DNA of 64,000 nt. Origin: Lachnospira sp. Lineage in GTDB: Bacteria > Bacillota > Clostridia > Lachnospirales > Lachnospiraceae. The notes beneath the pieces were generated by a model. The model saw only the letters and a list, made by a program, of their open reading frames with translations, was not told the origin of the DNA and did no database searches. The translations under genes were made by a program, and so were the position numbers. Below, piece after piece: positions 28,963-40,285 of this stretch. The stretch's first letter is position 1. The number at the start of each line of letters is the position of its first letter. Where the stretch lies: positions 5,078 to 69,077 of the forward strand of contig JBJEMF010000132.1 of the NCBI GenBank assembly GCA_051879535.1, written 5' to 3'.

Positions 28963-29046
28963 AAAAAGGGGTCTGACCCCATAAAATTTTTATAAACTTT
29001 TTTCGAAAAAAGTTTATAAAATTTTTATGGGGTCAGACCCCTTTTT
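28963..29046. repeat. 84-bp near-perfect palindrome made of two inverted GGGGTCWGACCCC units (REP doublet / bidirectional terminator)
   Basis: 42-bp arms with a single mismatched pair. Each arm contains the self-palindromic ggggtctgacccc / ggggtcagacccc. Confidence 0.85.
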
Positions 29047-29054
29047 TAAATTAA

Positions 29055-30290
29055 TTACTCTTCGTCTTTAGGAAGTGACTGCATATATTCGTGCATTGAT
29101 TCTGCCACAATCTTACTGTGAGCTACAGCTTCAACCACTGTACGGGCACCGTTTACCACATCACCTGAGGCAAAGATTCCGGCTCTTGAGGTGTGACCTG
29201 TTTCATCAGCCTCTAAAAGACCACGTTGTGTAGCTTTTAGACCTTCAGTTGTATTGACAATTCTGTTCATAGGCCCCTGGCTGATTGAGATAATAACACT
29301 GTCTGACGGGTAAAGCTTGTCCGTTCCTTCAACATCGGTAAATGAACCATCTTCATTCTCTATAACATCCCGGAAAATAACGCCATTATCCTTTATCTCA
29401 ACAGGACGTTTATTATACTCAAATAACACCCCTTCAAGTTGTGCGTAACTGAATTCATACTGACTTGCAGCAACTTCTTTGGTTATTGAAAAGCATGTAA
29501 GTTTTGTGACACCTTTTCTGATAGCTGTTCTTGCCACATCCATTGCCGCATTACCTGCACCAATAACAATTACCGTCTTGCCAAGCTTGTAGCTGTCAGG
29601 ATTATTAAGATAATTTATTCCAAAGTGAACATTACCGAAAGTTTCTCCCTTGATGTGAAGAGAGTTGGGATTCCATACACCGGTGCCTACGAATATCGAT
29701 TTATAACCGTCTCTGAACAAATCATCTATTCCGATTGCACCACCGATAACAGTGTTAGGTCTGAATTTAATACCTTTTAATTCAAGATGGCGGTATTCAA
29801 TATCATCAAGGACTGATTTTGGAAGCCTGAATTCGGGAATTCCATAACGAAGAACTCCTCCAATTTTGTCTTTTCCTTCAAATATAGTAACCTGATATCC
29901 ATATCTTGCAAGAATAATTGCAATAGTAATTCCGGCAGGACCGGAGCCTATAATGGCAACCCTCATACCGTTGGATGGCTTTGGACCTTCTGTCATCTTA
30001 TTGGCATAAGTTGTAGATATGTAATTCTCAATGGTAGAAAAATGTACCGGAGCGCCTTTCTTTCCAAGTACGCAGTGACCTTCACACTGGTTCTCGTGAT
30101 TACATACAAGGCTGCATACGGTGGTTAAAGGATTGTTCTCAAAAAGCATTTTGCCTGCTTCGTCCAGCTTGTTCTCTTTCAGAAGTTTTATTGCCAAAGG
30201 TATGTTTGTGTTAATGGGGCAGCCCTTCTGACACTGGGGAACCTTGCATTGCAAACAACGATTAGCTTCATCCATAACATGTAATGCCAT
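29055..30290 (-). CDS. GltD/SudA-like NAD(P)-dependent Fe-S flavin oxidoreductase
   Basis: RCLQC..PQCQKGCP, CSLVCNHENQCEGHC, GSGPAG, GIPEFRL, GAGNAAMD, FASGD. ATG at 30290. Confidence 0.88.
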   Translation of the reverse strand: MALHVMDEANRCLQCKVPQCQKGCPINTNIPLAIKLLKENKLDEAGKMLFENNPLTTVCSLVCNHENQCEGHCVLGKKGAPVHFSTIENYISTTYANKMTEGPKPSNGMRVAIIGSGPAGITIAIILARYGYQVTIFEGKDKIGGVLRYGIPEFRLPKSVLDDIEYRHLELKGIKFRPNTVIGGAIGIDDLFRDGYKSIFVGTGVWNPNSLHIKGETFGNVHFGINYLNNPDSYKLGKTVIVIGAGNAAMDVARTAIRKGVTKLTCFSITKEVAASQYEFSYAQLEGVLFEYNKRPVEIKDNGVIFRDVIENEDGSFTDVEGTDKLYPSDSVIISISQGPMNRIVNTTEGLKATQRGLLEADETGHTSRAGIFASGDVVNGARTVVEAVAHSKIVAESMHEYMQSLPKDEE

Positions 30291-30476
30291 ATATACACCT
30301 GCTTTCTGCACACTGGTGAATTATATTGTTCTTTATTCATTAGGGAGCCCTGTAAATAAAGAACCTTTGATGTTAAATTGTGCGCGTTATTATATATATA
30401 TACATTTTAACATCACAACATGATAAAAGAAAGTGCAATAGTGGTAAAATGCTAGTATAATATTACTGTTTACACC

Positions 30477-30719
30477 CCAGCCAGATTATTATAAACAATG
30501 TTTAATGTTGCAATATAGATAAACAATTCTATGAAACACGTTGTATTCTACGTTTTTTCTGCGCCGCCTATCAACTGTGCTCTTTGCAAACTCGCCATAA
30601 ATGGCTCAAACATGCTACGAGCACAGTAGCTATGCTCGAAAAACGTACGAATACTGACTAAAGTCTCATAGAATTGTTTATCTATATCACACATTTATGC
30701 ATAATTATAATCTGGCTGG
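30477..30719. repeat. 243-bp nested foldback (MITE-like) element
   Basis: Terminal IR ccagccagattat/ataatctggctgg; perfect 22-bp arms 30513-30534/30666-30687; inner gtattc.tacgttttt/aaaaacgtacgaatac and actgtgctc/gagcacagt; apex aaactcgcc..ggctcaaaca. Confidence 0.8.
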
Positions 30720-30774
30720 ATGAAAAAAGTATTTCGCAAGCATTTAACATAAAGCATATAACAGGGAGAATCAA

Positions 30775-31182
30775 ATGAAAAAATTTTTTAATAAAGAATA
30801 CATTTGTATTATTGGATTTGCAGTGATAGTGGGACTTCTTTATATATCAGGGGTCGGGTGTCCTGTAAAGTTTATAACGGGAGTATCCTGTCCCGGCTGT
30901 GGAATGACAAGAGCGGTTTATTCTCTTATGAGATTGGATTTTGCAGCAGCATTACATTATCATCCCCTTGTGATAATGCTGCCTGTCATCCTTCTGCTTT
31001 TATTATTTCAGAGTAAAATGAATAGAAAAGTATTTAACGGATTGATGACGGCAATTATTATAATATTTTTGGCAGTATACATTGTAAGAATGATAAATCC
31101 TAACGATACGGTGGTTGTCTTTGAAATAAATGACAATATTTTTTCAAGAATTATAAGGGAACTCCGTCTAAAATTTGCATGA
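30775..31182 (+). CDS. DUF2752-family membrane protein
   Basis: GCPVKFITGVSCPGCGMTRA...A..YHPL with TM helices. Confidence 0.85.
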   Translation: MKKFFNKEYICIIGFAVIVGLLYISGVGCPVKFITGVSCPGCGMTRAVYSLMRLDFAAALHYHPLVIMLPVILLLLLFQSKMNRKVFNGLMTAIIIIFLAVYIVRMINPNDTVVVFEINDNIFSRIIRELRLKFA

Positions 31183-31216
31183 CTTCGTATATAAAAACAG
31201 AGAGGGGGATGCTCTT

Positions 31217-31783
31217 ATGAAATGGGATTTTTTACGTGAAGATGATTTGTCGTTAGTGGGCAGGATAATCGGTGACAGAGATATGCAGGCAGCAGATGAA
31301 CTTATTGGCAGACATTATAAGATGGTATATAAGATTGTCTATGTCAAGGTTTCGGATGAAGAACTTGCTATGGATATAACCCAGGAGGTTTTCATCGCCA
31401 TGCTTAAAGGATTAAATTCATTTGACAGTAAAAAGTCATCCTTTAAGACGTGGATTTCACGTATAGCCAACAATAAAGTTATAGATTTTTATAGGAGCAG
31501 ACAGAATCAGGAGAGAATGGTTACTGACATTCTTGAGGATTACGACAGAGAAGATGAGTTTGATGTGGAAAGGGAAGTGCTGGGCAGAGTATCTGTGGAA
31601 AATGTGGATTTTATGCTGTCAGACGAAAGACAAGATGTACGGCGTATATTTAACATGAAAGTACAAGAAGGATATACATTTGAAGAAATCGGACATACAA
31701 TGGGGATGAGTAGTTCAGCGGTTAAGAGTAAATATTACGGTATTGTAAAAAAGTTAAGAAAGGAGATGAGTGCTAATGAGTAA
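31217..31783 (+). CDS. ECF RNA polymerase sigma factor
   Basis: Region 2 AMDITQEVFI...FKTWISRIANNKVIDFYR; region 4 GYTFEEIG..MG.SSSAVKS. ATG at 31217. Confidence 0.9.
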   Translation: MKWDFLREDDLSLVGRIIGDRDMQAADELIGRHYKMVYKIVYVKVSDEELAMDITQEVFIAMLKGLNSFDSKKSSFKTWISRIANNKVIDFYRSRQNQERMVTDILEDYDREDEFDVEREVLGRVSVENVDFMLSDERQDVRRIFNMKVQEGYTFEEIGHTMGMSSSAVKSKYYGIVKKLRKEMSANE

Positions 31784-32795
31784 GATACGTTATCCTGATG
31801 AAAAAAAAATTAAAAAAGAAATAAAAGAAATTATAAGAAAATCAGATATGTTTAATGACAGTCTTGACGAAGACAGCAGCTTTGAAGAAGTTACAGAGTA
31901 TGTGCCAATAGCATCATCTCGCAGATACGTAAAGACAGTTGCCGCAATAGCCACGGCTGCAGCAGTATGTATGGTTGCTGCAGGGGTGGGGCATTATATT
32001 AACCTGAACAACAGCGATGATTTGCCTGAACCTTTGAACAATGTTGAGACAGAAGAGGAACAGGACTATACTATAAGGGATATTACAAGTGATTCGGTAT
32101 TGTTTGACTGTAGGTTTTCCGGCATGCTTGTAACTTATGATGGAATGAGCGTGGGCAGTTATAATCCATATGTGGATAATAAGAAGCCCAAGTGGTATCT
32201 GGATTCTTTTGAATATGAATATATGGCAAAAAGCTGGAATTTTTCCTCTGGAAGATATGACATGCTTGAAGAAATAAGCTGTATGAGAGATGTTTATCAA
32301 ATTACAGAAACCTCCGAAAATAATAACTCTGAACTGAGATATTATCTGGAAAGTCAGGATGAAACCAATGCAAGATCAAAAATTAAGAGTGCGGTTTTAG
32401 ACATTCCCCGTGATTACTCTGAAAGTGTAAAAGAGAATGGTAAAGTGGAGTCGAATGAGGTACCTATGGTGGAAAATAACACCTGGAGGTGCCAGAAGGT
32501 GGGAGATAAAGACATTTACATATTGAAAGAAGTATATGTCATGAGAATAGTTCCTGAGTGTTATAATCCTTCCGGCAATGATGCAGGTTATAAGTTTATT
32601 CTTGATGATGATGGTTATTATAGGTATACGGATACAAGTTACTACTATTTTAACTTTGAGGATAATGTTATAATTGACATCAATGAGGCTTTGTTAAGCA
32701 GTACGGAACAGATGAGACATAATCTTAAGATTGTTACGGATTCGCTCGGATTAAGTGAAAATGCTGATATAATCGCAGAACTTGAAAAAGAATAG
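31776..32795 (+). CDS. Putative anti-sigma factor (single TM, extracytoplasmic C-terminus)
   Basis: Overlaps the sigma stop; TM VAAIATAAAVCMVAAGVG after a short cytoplasmic N-terminus. Confidence 0.7.
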   Translation: MSKIRYPDEKKIKKEIKEIIRKSDMFNDSLDEDSSFEEVTEYVPIASSRRYVKTVAAIATAAAVCMVAAGVGHYINLNNSDDLPEPLNNVETEEEQDYTIRDITSDSVLFDCRFSGMLVTYDGMSVGSYNPYVDNKKPKWYLDSFEYEYMAKSWNFSSGRYDMLEEISCMRDVYQITETSENNNSELRYYLESQDETNARSKIKSAVLDIPRDYSESVKENGKVESNEVPMVENNTWRCQKVGDKDIYILKEVYVMRIVPECYNPSGNDAGYKFILDDDGYYRYTDTSYYYFNFEDNVIIDINEALLSSTEQMRHNLKIVTDSLGLSENADIIAELEKE

Positions 32796-32852
32796 CTTTA
32801 AGTTATATCAGATATATTATTTTAAATAACTGGGGAATATATTGGAGGAATA

Positions 32853-33827
32853 TTGTTGGAAAACACAAGAAGAAACAACATGGAAGATAATCTGGATAAA
32901 GCAAAGAAGATATTTGCTGAAATAAAAAAGACCATAGTAGGAAAAAACGATGTTATATGTAAAGTCCTTATGGCAATCCTTGCAGACGGTCATGTGCTTT
33001 TGGAAGATATACCGGGAGTTGGGAAGACTACAATGGCAGAAGCGTTTGCAAAGACGCTGGGGCTTGATTATACGAGAGTACAGTTTACACCGGATGTAAT
33101 GCCTTCAGACATTACAGGATTTAACATGTATAACAGGGAAAAGAATGCATTTGAATATAAAATGGGTGCGGCCATGTGCAATGTGCTGCTGGCAGATGAG
33201 ATAAACAGAACATCCCCTAAGACACAGTCGGCACTTCTGCAGGTTATGGAGGAGAGAAGCATAAGTATTGACGGTAAAACCTTTGGGCTGAAGAATCCCT
33301 TTATAGTCATCGCAACACAGAATCCTGTTGGCTCAATCGGAACTCAGAGACTTCCGGAATCACAGCTGGATAGATTTATGATATGTCTGTCTATGGGTTA
33401 TCCAACTGTGGAAGAGGAGATGGATATATTAAAGTCTAAACATGGTGATAACCAGGTCAGAATAAAATCATCACAGGTAATAACCGTTGATGAGCTTATT
33501 GAGATGAAAAAATGTGTGAAGAATATATATATTGATGATGCAATATACGAATATGCGGTTAGAATAACTCAGGCAACAAGGCATAACAAAGGTATATTGC
33601 AGGGAGTATCCCCGAGAGGAAGCATTAACCTTATTGCAATGGCACAGGCTGAGAGTTTCCTTAGAGGACATGATTATGTATCTGTTTCAGATATACAGAA
33701 TGTTGCAGCAGATGTGCTTGCACACAGAATCATCTTAAAAAACGACTTTAAAAGGGGAAGTATTTCTGCCAGGGCAGTTATCGACGATATAGTTAAAAGC
33801 GTTGAGGTGCCTGATATTATAAAATAA
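32853..33827 (+). CDS. MoxR-family AAA+ ATPase
   Basis: GHVLLEDIPGVGKT, RVQFTPDVMPSD, LADEINR, ATQNP, LPESQLDRF, GVSPR. Confidence 0.93.
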   Translation: MLENTRRNNMEDNLDKAKKIFAEIKKTIVGKNDVICKVLMAILADGHVLLEDIPGVGKTTMAEAFAKTLGLDYTRVQFTPDVMPSDITGFNMYNREKNAFEYKMGAAMCNVLLADEINRTSPKTQSALLQVMEERSISIDGKTFGLKNPFIVIATQNPVGSIGTQRLPESQLDRFMICLSMGYPTVEEEMDILKSKHGDNQVRIKSSQVITVDELIEMKKCVKNIYIDDAIYEYAVRITQATRHNKGILQGVSPRGSINLIAMAQAESFLRGHDYVSVSDIQNVAADVLAHRIILKNDFKRGSISARAVIDDIVKSVEVPDIIK

Positions 33828-33880
33828 CAGACCTATGGTGGGAAATTTTACCGGGTAAGGTCATTGATTAGAGGTTAGCT

Positions 33881-34990
33881 ATGGTTAGAAGAAAAGTGGC
33901 CTGCATTATTCTTGTATTAACAGCAATAGTGCTTAATATATTTTACGTTGATTATCAGTTTTTCCTCATATTGATTCTTGCGGTTGCAATTCCTTTAACA
34001 TCATGGCTCTTATTTGGGCTGTCCAGGATAAAACTTTCTGTGAGATTAAAAACTGATTCTAACATTGTCACTGTAGATGATAGTATAAATTTGTTCATAA
34101 GCGCAAGAAATGCCTGCCGTGTGTATGTGTCAAACGGCAGGCTTAAGTTGGTTTCTACATTTTCTAACCGGAATGTGGAGAAGCAATATGATATTAACAT
34201 CAATATTTACGGAGATAAAACTCGAAATAAACTTAAGATAGTGCCGAAACATGCGGGAATTATGCATATTACTGTAGGGCGTATGGATATTTATGATTAT
34301 TTAAGAGTATTTCACTCTGTGAGAGAGTTTAAGGGTGTAAGGGATATATTGGTGCTTCCTAAAAAGCTGGAGGTAAACCGGACTTATGTTTACGGGGAAA
34401 AGTCACAGTTGTCGGAGGAAGATTATGATGCAGAACGAATTGGCACAGGAACAGAAATAAGGGATTTCAGATATTACATGGAAGGGGACAGTGAGAAGAA
34501 TATTCATTGGAAACTCAGTGCTGCCAATGCAGAGCAGGAATACATAGTTATGCAGCATGAGGATGATGAAAACAGGTTCAACGCCATACTGGTTGACCTC
34601 AATGTAAATAATGTAAAGAATGAAAAGTACGGAAAGAATGAAAAATCTGAAAAGACAGATTCACTTGATAAAGTCTATCAGTGTGTATATTCCATAGCCG
34701 GGGATTTTGCAAAGAATGGTGAGAGAACTGTCATTATGGTCTGGGACGACCGGGATGAAAGTATAAAGTATTGGGAATTCAGTGATGAATATACACTTGT
34801 TGAAGCTATGGGAAAGCTTATGAATATTGAAATTAATACATTACCTTCGGAGGAGTTTATGGAGAAGGCTGTGTATGGAGAAAATATATATATGGGTAAG
34901 TTAATAACACCTATATTTGTTACTACAAGAGATTATGAAACAGACATGTTCAGAGTGATAAATGCAACCAGGGAATATTGGAAGGCATAA
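33881..34990 (+). CDS. DUF58-domain protein
   Basis: Two N-terminal TM; IRDFRYYMEGDSEKNIHWKLSA motif; follows MoxR. Confidence 0.85.
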   Translation: MVRRKVACIILVLTAIVLNIFYVDYQFFLILILAVAIPLTSWLLFGLSRIKLSVRLKTDSNIVTVDDSINLFISARNACRVYVSNGRLKLVSTFSNRNVEKQYDININIYGDKTRNKLKIVPKHAGIMHITVGRMDIYDYLRVFHSVREFKGVRDILVLPKKLEVNRTYVYGEKSQLSEEDYDAERIGTGTEIRDFRYYMEGDSEKNIHWKLSAANAEQEYIVMQHEDDENRFNAILVDLNVNNVKNEKYGKNEKSEKTDSLDKVYQCVYSIAGDFAKNGERTVIMVWDDRDESIKYWEFSDEYTLVEAMGKLMNIEINTLPSEEFMEKAVYGENIYMGKLITPIFVTTRDYETDMFRVINATREYWKA

Positions 34991-35007
34991 CTGATTAAGG
35001 GGTTTTT

Positions 35008-37359
35008 ATGAAGTCAGAGAAAAAAGTATCAGGGGCGGTATACAATTTTTTATTGGCAGTGTTAGGCAGCGTAAGTATTATAAGTGCACCTCTTTTTACC
35101 ATGTTTTCTTTCCGGGAAATATTATGGGTAACATCGGTGACACTTATTTTAAATATTGTTATTGCCCTTATATTAACAAGGGTTAAACATGGAATAAGAG
35201 TCTTAGGAGTATTATTTGCAGTGACAGTGGCAGCAGCCCTGTTATTATACAGAGTAATTTATGAGGGAGCATTGGCTGCTTATAACAGAATGGTTCCCTA
35301 CCTTAATTGGGACAGCAATTATAATTTACAAGAAATAAATACAGGTATAAAAACTGAAAGCCGAGAGGAATTATTTCTTGTTATATTCCTCATATTTGTG
35401 GCGGTAATACTCACATTACTGATAAATATTGAAGTTTATTGTATTAAAAATATATTGGCAGCAGGTTTAATCATGGCACCGGTTTATGGAGCAATGTTGT
35501 TCTTTAATGTTGTTCCAACGGTGGGTTCATTTTTGTTATGCATTTTATTCCTCATGGGGCAATGGGGCGCTCCTGTTAAAGTAAAGAAACAGCATGACAA
35601 AACCATGAAATATACAGGGTCATATATATCCCTGGGTATGGCCATAGCAGTTATACTGATTGTGTCTTTGGTATATCCGGAGAGCAGATATAAAAGAAAC
35701 AAAGTGTTTCAGGAACTTAACAATTTCATAAATATGAAAGCGCAGGGAAAAGAAGAACCCGATAATGAAGACGAATTGGGTATCACTGACAGTAGCATAA
35801 CTAATATGGGACATCTTGGATACGCGGACGGAATACGTTTTAACAATGAGAAAATTGCTATGGTAACTACATACGATACGGGAGCTACCCAGTATATTCG
35901 TATAAATACCTACGGAAAATATAGCAAGAATCTGTGGAGTCCGGGTGCGGTGACAGGTGACAACATCAGTAACTATTACACTTCCGATATGTACAAGATG
36001 ATAGATGCAAATCAGGAACTGAGAGATCTTTTTGCTGATAATGATGAGGCATATTATTCAAAACTGGTACAGTATAAGACAACAGTGTATCCGGGAAAAA
36101 CAACTGAAAAGTATATTGTCAGCGGTGAATATTATGTTAATCCAAAGTACTATAGGCTGTTTTACAATATAAGATTAAACATGGACAACGCATCACAGAC
36201 GAGAAAAAATGAGGAGTATATTTATCACAATTATCTCGAAGTACCGGAATCTGTCAGGAAACTTTTAGCTTCCCTCATAGAAACTCCTGATATTTCAACT
36301 TATGAGGATATGGCGAAATATATAGAGTTTGTTAAGAAATACCTTAGTGACAATTGCAGCTATACGCTGTCCCCGGGAAGTGTTCCTTCTGACAGGGAAC
36401 TGGTGGAGTATTTTTTAACGGAGAGTAATAAAGGGTATTGTACATACTTTGCCACCAGCGGAGCAATGATGTTAAGATATGCAGGAATTCCTACAAGATA
36501 TTGTGAGGGGTATGTGATAAGTGCAGCAGATATGAAGAAAAACGGCAAGTCTTATACCAATGGCACTGTTGACAGATTTAAGGCAGGAACCCCTATTAAT
36601 AAAATGGTGTTTAACAGCTCCGAAATGGAACAATTTTATACCACACGTAATTTAACTTACACTAATGTGGCAATATATGATAATCAGGCTCATGCTTGGG
36701 CGGAGGTATTTTTGGAGGGTTATGGGTGGATTCCTGTGGAGTTTACTCCGGGTTATTCAACAGACAGCAGTGGATTTACCGGCGGTAATGAAGAAAAGCC
36801 TTCTGATTCAGATAAAAATAATGAAAATACTGAAAGTGAGAATGATACCAACATACCGGAGGATGAATCCACCGGTGAGGAAGGGGAGACAGAGGATATT
36901 ACAGGAGGTATCATATCGGAAGTTATAAATGAAGATGCATTTAAGAGATTTTTGACATCACTTTTGGTAATTATACCTGTGGGAGGTGTAATTACATTTT
37001 TTGGAGTAAGGATATACAGAAGAAAAAGATTCCTTAAAGGGAAGACAGAAGAGGGAAGATCCCCTCAATTCATGTATAAGTATATTCTTTTATGCCTGGA
37101 GACCATAGGATATAAGAGAATGAATGAGACAGATTATGAGGAATTCACGGAATATGTCTCATTGGCAGAGAAGGGAATAGACGGAGAGGGTCTTAACAGA
37201 GCTACACAGATTGCAATGTGCTGCAGGTTTGGAAATCACGAAATAACAAAAGAGGATATTAACGAAATGTCAGACATAGTATATAATACAAGAAGGTACT
37301 GCTTGAAAAAGCTTAGTTTACCTAAGAGATTTATATTTGTATTTATAAAAGGATTGTAA
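35008..37359 (+). CDS. Multi-TM transglutaminase-like protein
   Basis: GYCTYFAT (Cys), [17 protein letters not shown] (His), GWIPVEFTP; multiple TM helices. Confidence 0.88.
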   Translation: MKSEKKVSGAVYNFLLAVLGSVSIISAPLFTMFSFREILWVTSVTLILNIVIALILTRVKHGIRVLGVLFAVTVAAALLLYRVIYEGALAAYNRMVPYLNWDSNYNLQEINTGIKTESREELFLVIFLIFVAVILTLLINIEVYCIKNILAAGLIMAPVYGAMLFFNVVPTVGSFLLCILFLMGQWGAPVKVKKQHDKTMKYTGSYISLGMAIAVILIVSLVYPESRYKRNKVFQELNNFINMKAQGKEEPDNEDELGITDSSITNMGHLGYADGIRFNNEKIAMVTTYDTGATQYIRINTYGKYSKNLWSPGAVTGDNISNYYTSDMYKMIDANQELRDLFADNDEAYYSKLVQYKTTVYPGKTTEKYIVSGEYYVNPKYYRLFYNIRLNMDNASQTRKNEEYIYHNYLEVPESVRKLLASLIETPDISTYEDMAKYIEFVKKYLSDNCSYTLSPGSVPSDRELVEYFLTESNKGYCTYFATSGAMMLRYAGIPTRYCEGYVISAADMKKNGKSYTNGTVDRFKAGTPINKMVFNSSEMEQFYTTRNLTYTNVAIYDNQAHAWAEVFLEGYGWIPVEFTPGYSTDSSGFTGGNEEKPSDSDKNNENTESENDTNIPEDESTGEEGETEDITGGIISEVINEDAFKRFLTSLLVIIPVGGVITFFGVRIYRRKRFLKGKTEEGRSPQFMYKYILLCLETIGYKRMNETDYEEFTEYVSLAEKGIDGEGLNRATQIAMCCRFGNHEITKEDINEMSDIVYNTRRYCLKKLSLPKRFIFVFIKGL

Positions 37360-39197
37360 TGTTTGATTTAGTTGAGGAATTAAAGAAACTCCCGGATAAG
37401 CCGGGAGTTTATATTATGCATGATAAGTACGACAATATTATATATATCGGGAAGGCGAAGATACTTAAGAATCGTGTAAGACAATATTTTCAAAACAGCA
37501 GAAATCTCTCCCCAAAGATAGTGCAGATGGTTTCCCATATTGAATATTTTGAATATATTATAACCGATTCGGAGCTTGAGGCGCTGGTCTTGGAATGCAA
37601 CCTTATAAAGGAACACAGACCTAAATATAACACTATGCTTAAGGATGACAAAAGTTACCCTTTTATTAAGGTTACCGTGAATGAAGCATATCCCAGAGTA
37701 CTGTTAGCCAGAAACATGAAACACGGAACGGGAAAGTATTTTGGACCATACACGTCAGTTTCAGCGGTTAAGGATACTATTGAACTTCTGTGTAAATTAT
37801 ACAAAGTGAGGACATGCAACAGACAGCTCCCAAGAGATATAGGTAAAGACAGACCCTGCCTTAATTATCATTTAGAGCAGTGCAATGCACCCTGTCAGGG
37901 CTGTGTTGACAGGGAAGAATACAGAAAAAATATTGATTCCGTAATAAGTTTTCTTAACGGCAATTATTCTGAGGTTATGAAGGAATTGACGGAAAAAATG
38001 CAGACAGCATCTGATGAGCTTAGGTTTGAGGAAGCTGCAAAATACAGGGATCTTCTTACAAGTGTAAAGCAGATATCACAGAAACAGAAGATAACTTCAG
38101 ATGATGCAGCGGACAGGGACGTAATTGCCTGTGCTATGGACAGAGAGGATGCAGTGGTTCAGGTATTTTTCCTAAGACAGGGAAAACTTCTGGGAAGAGA
38201 CCATTTTCATATGAGGGTGGCTGTGGAAGATTCCCGTGCTACAATACTTTCAGAGTTTGTGAAACAATATTATGGCGGAACGCCATATATTCCCAATATA
38301 ATTATGCTTCAGGAGGAGATTGAAGATTCGGAGGTTATTGCCCAATGGCTTACGGACAGAAAGAAGAAAAAAGTTTCCGTTGTAACTCCTAAGAAAGGTG
38401 ACAAGGAACGTATGGTGGAACTTGCCCATAAAAATGCTCTTCTTGTCCTTACTAAGGATGCAGAAAAGATTAAGAGGGAGGAAAAGAGAACTGTCGGGGC
38501 AATGAAGGAGATTGCAGGCTGGCTTGGACTTGAAAGAATACACAGAGCCGAGGCTTATGACATATCTAATACCGGTGGAGTGGAATCGGTGGGTTCCATG
38601 GTGGTATTTGAAAATGGAAAACCGAAAAAGAATGATTATCGTAAATTTAAGATAAAAACAGTAAAGGGACCGGATGATTACAAGAGTATGAAAGAAGTGC
38701 TCACAAGACGATTTCAACGGGGAATCCGGGAACGCAGTGGAGAAGAGGATTCAAGAGGCTTTGGCGTATATCCTGACATTATCATGATGGATGGTGGAAG
38801 AGGACAGGTTAATATTGCCCTTGAGGTGCTTAGGGAATTGGACCTTCATATTCCGGTTTGTGGAATGGTTAAGGATGACAATCATAATACAAGGGGGCTT
38901 TATTATAATAACGTGGAAATTCCCATAGACAGACATAGTGAGGGATTTAAGCTTATAACAAGAATTCAGGATGAAGCCCACAGATTTGCAATTGAATATC
39001 ACAGATCCTTAAGAGGTAAAGTGCAGACCAATTCTGTCCTTGATGGCATTGAGGGAATAGGTCCTGTTAGAAGAAAGGCTCTTATGAAGCATTTTCTGGA
39101 TATTGATAAGATACGTAATGCCTCTGTGTCAGAGCTTATGGAGGCAGAGGGGATTACGGAAAATGTAGCACAAAATATTTACAAATACTTTCATTAA
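37359..39197 (+). CDS. uvrC: Excinuclease ABC subunit C
   Basis: GIY-YIG N-terminus (PGVY..IYIGKAK), [21 protein letters not shown], HhH GIGP. Confidence 0.96.
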   Translation: MFDLVEELKKLPDKPGVYIMHDKYDNIIYIGKAKILKNRVRQYFQNSRNLSPKIVQMVSHIEYFEYIITDSELEALVLECNLIKEHRPKYNTMLKDDKSYPFIKVTVNEAYPRVLLARNMKHGTGKYFGPYTSVSAVKDTIELLCKLYKVRTCNRQLPRDIGKDRPCLNYHLEQCNAPCQGCVDREEYRKNIDSVISFLNGNYSEVMKELTEKMQTASDELRFEEAAKYRDLLTSVKQISQKQKITSDDAADRDVIACAMDREDAVVQVFFLRQGKLLGRDHFHMRVAVEDSRATILSEFVKQYYGGTPYIPNIIMLQEEIEDSEVIAQWLTDRKKKKVSVVTPKKGDKERMVELAHKNALLVLTKDAEKIKREEKRTVGAMKEIAGWLGLERIHRAEAYDISNTGGVESVGSMVVFENGKPKKNDYRKFKIKTVKGPDDYKSMKEVLTRRFQRGIRERSGEEDSRGFGVYPDIIMMDGGRGQVNIALEVLRELDLHIPVCGMVKDDNHNTRGLYYNNVEIPIDRHSEGFKLITRIQDEAHRFAIEYHRSLRGKVQTNSVLDGIEGIGPVRRKALMKHFLDIDKIRNASVSELMEAEGITENVAQNIYKYFH

Positions 39198-39334
39198 CCC
39201 ATATTTATTTATCAATTAAGCTGTGATAAACTAATGGTGAGTTTACGCGGATAAAATCAGACGAGTCTGAGAAGTTGTAGTTGTAGTTGCAGATGTTCAA
39301 ATTAATCTTTTGCAACCGGAAATGAGGTATAGAT

Positions 39335-40285
39335 ATGAACGGAAAAGAAAGAGTAAAGCTGTCAAAAGTTATAGAAAAGATGAATCTGGAAAATCTTACA
39401 CCTGATATTGATGTGGATGGTATATGGCTGCATATACCGGAGGTAAACAGACCTGCGTTGCAGCTTACAGGATTTTACGATCAGTTTGATAATGACAGAT
39501 TACAGATTATTGGAAATGTGGAGTATGCATATCTTTCAAGTCTCAGTGAAACAGAGAGATACGAAAGATATATGCAATTGTTATCAAGTAATATTCCATG
39601 TCTTGTATTTTGCAGAAGTCTTCAGCCGGAACCAAAGGTTATAGAGCTTGCCTGTAAATATCAGACTCCGATTCTTATGTCTGCACAGACTACTTCTTCC
39701 TTCACGGCGGAAGTTATAAGATGGCTTAAAGTCCAGCTTGCTCCGTGTATAGTTATTCACGGAGTTCTTGTGGATGTTTACGGTGAAGGTGTTCTTATTA
39801 CAGGAGAGAGTGGTATCGGTAAAAGTGAGGCGGCATTGGAACTTCTTAAGAGAGGTCACCGTCTGGTTACTGATGATGCAGTAGAGATAAGAAAAGTCAG
39901 CGATGAAACCCTGGTGGGCTCTGCTCCGGGGGTCACTAAATATTTTATTGAGCTTAGGGGTATCGGTATTATAGATGTAAAAACACTGTTCGGTGTTGAA
40001 AGCGTTAAGGAAAACCAGCAGATTGATATGGTTATTAAGCTGGAGGATTGGAATAAGGATAAAGAGTATGACAGACTGGGATTGGAGGAAGAGTATACAG
40101 AGTATCTTGGAAACAAGGTTGTGTGTCATTCACTTCCTGTAAGACCGGGTAGGAATCTTGCGGTAATAGTAGAGGCGGCCGCAGTAAATCACAGGCAGAA
40201 AAAGATGGGCTATAATGCAGCTAAGGAGCTGTACAGAAGAGTTCAGGAAAATCTTATGAAGGGTGATGATGAGGATGAGTTCTAA
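39335..40285 (+). CDS. hprK: HPr(Ser) kinase/phosphorylase
   Basis: NRPALQLTG, HGVLVDVYG, GESGIGKSE, LVTDD, ELRGIGI, PGRN. Confidence 0.96.
   Translation: MNGKERVKLSKVIEKMNLENLTPDIDVDGIWLHIPEVNRPALQLTGFYDQFDNDRLQIIGNVEYAYLSSLSETERYERYMQLLSSNIPCLVFCRSLQPEPKVIELACKYQTPILMSAQTTSSFTAEVIRWLKVQLAPCIVIHGVLVDVYGEGVLITGESGIGKSEAALELLKRGHRLVTDDAVEIRKVSDETLVGSAPGVTKYFIELRGIGIIDVKTLFGVESVKENQQIDMVIKLEDWNKDKEYDRLGLEEEYTEYLGNKVVCHSLPVRPGRNLAVIVEAAAVNHRQKKMGYNAAKELYRRVQENLMKGDDEDEF

Noticed and set aside
39255-39292. Small hairpin tcagacgagtctga and (agttgt)x3 before hprK
   Set aside because: Too short to distinguish from chance.
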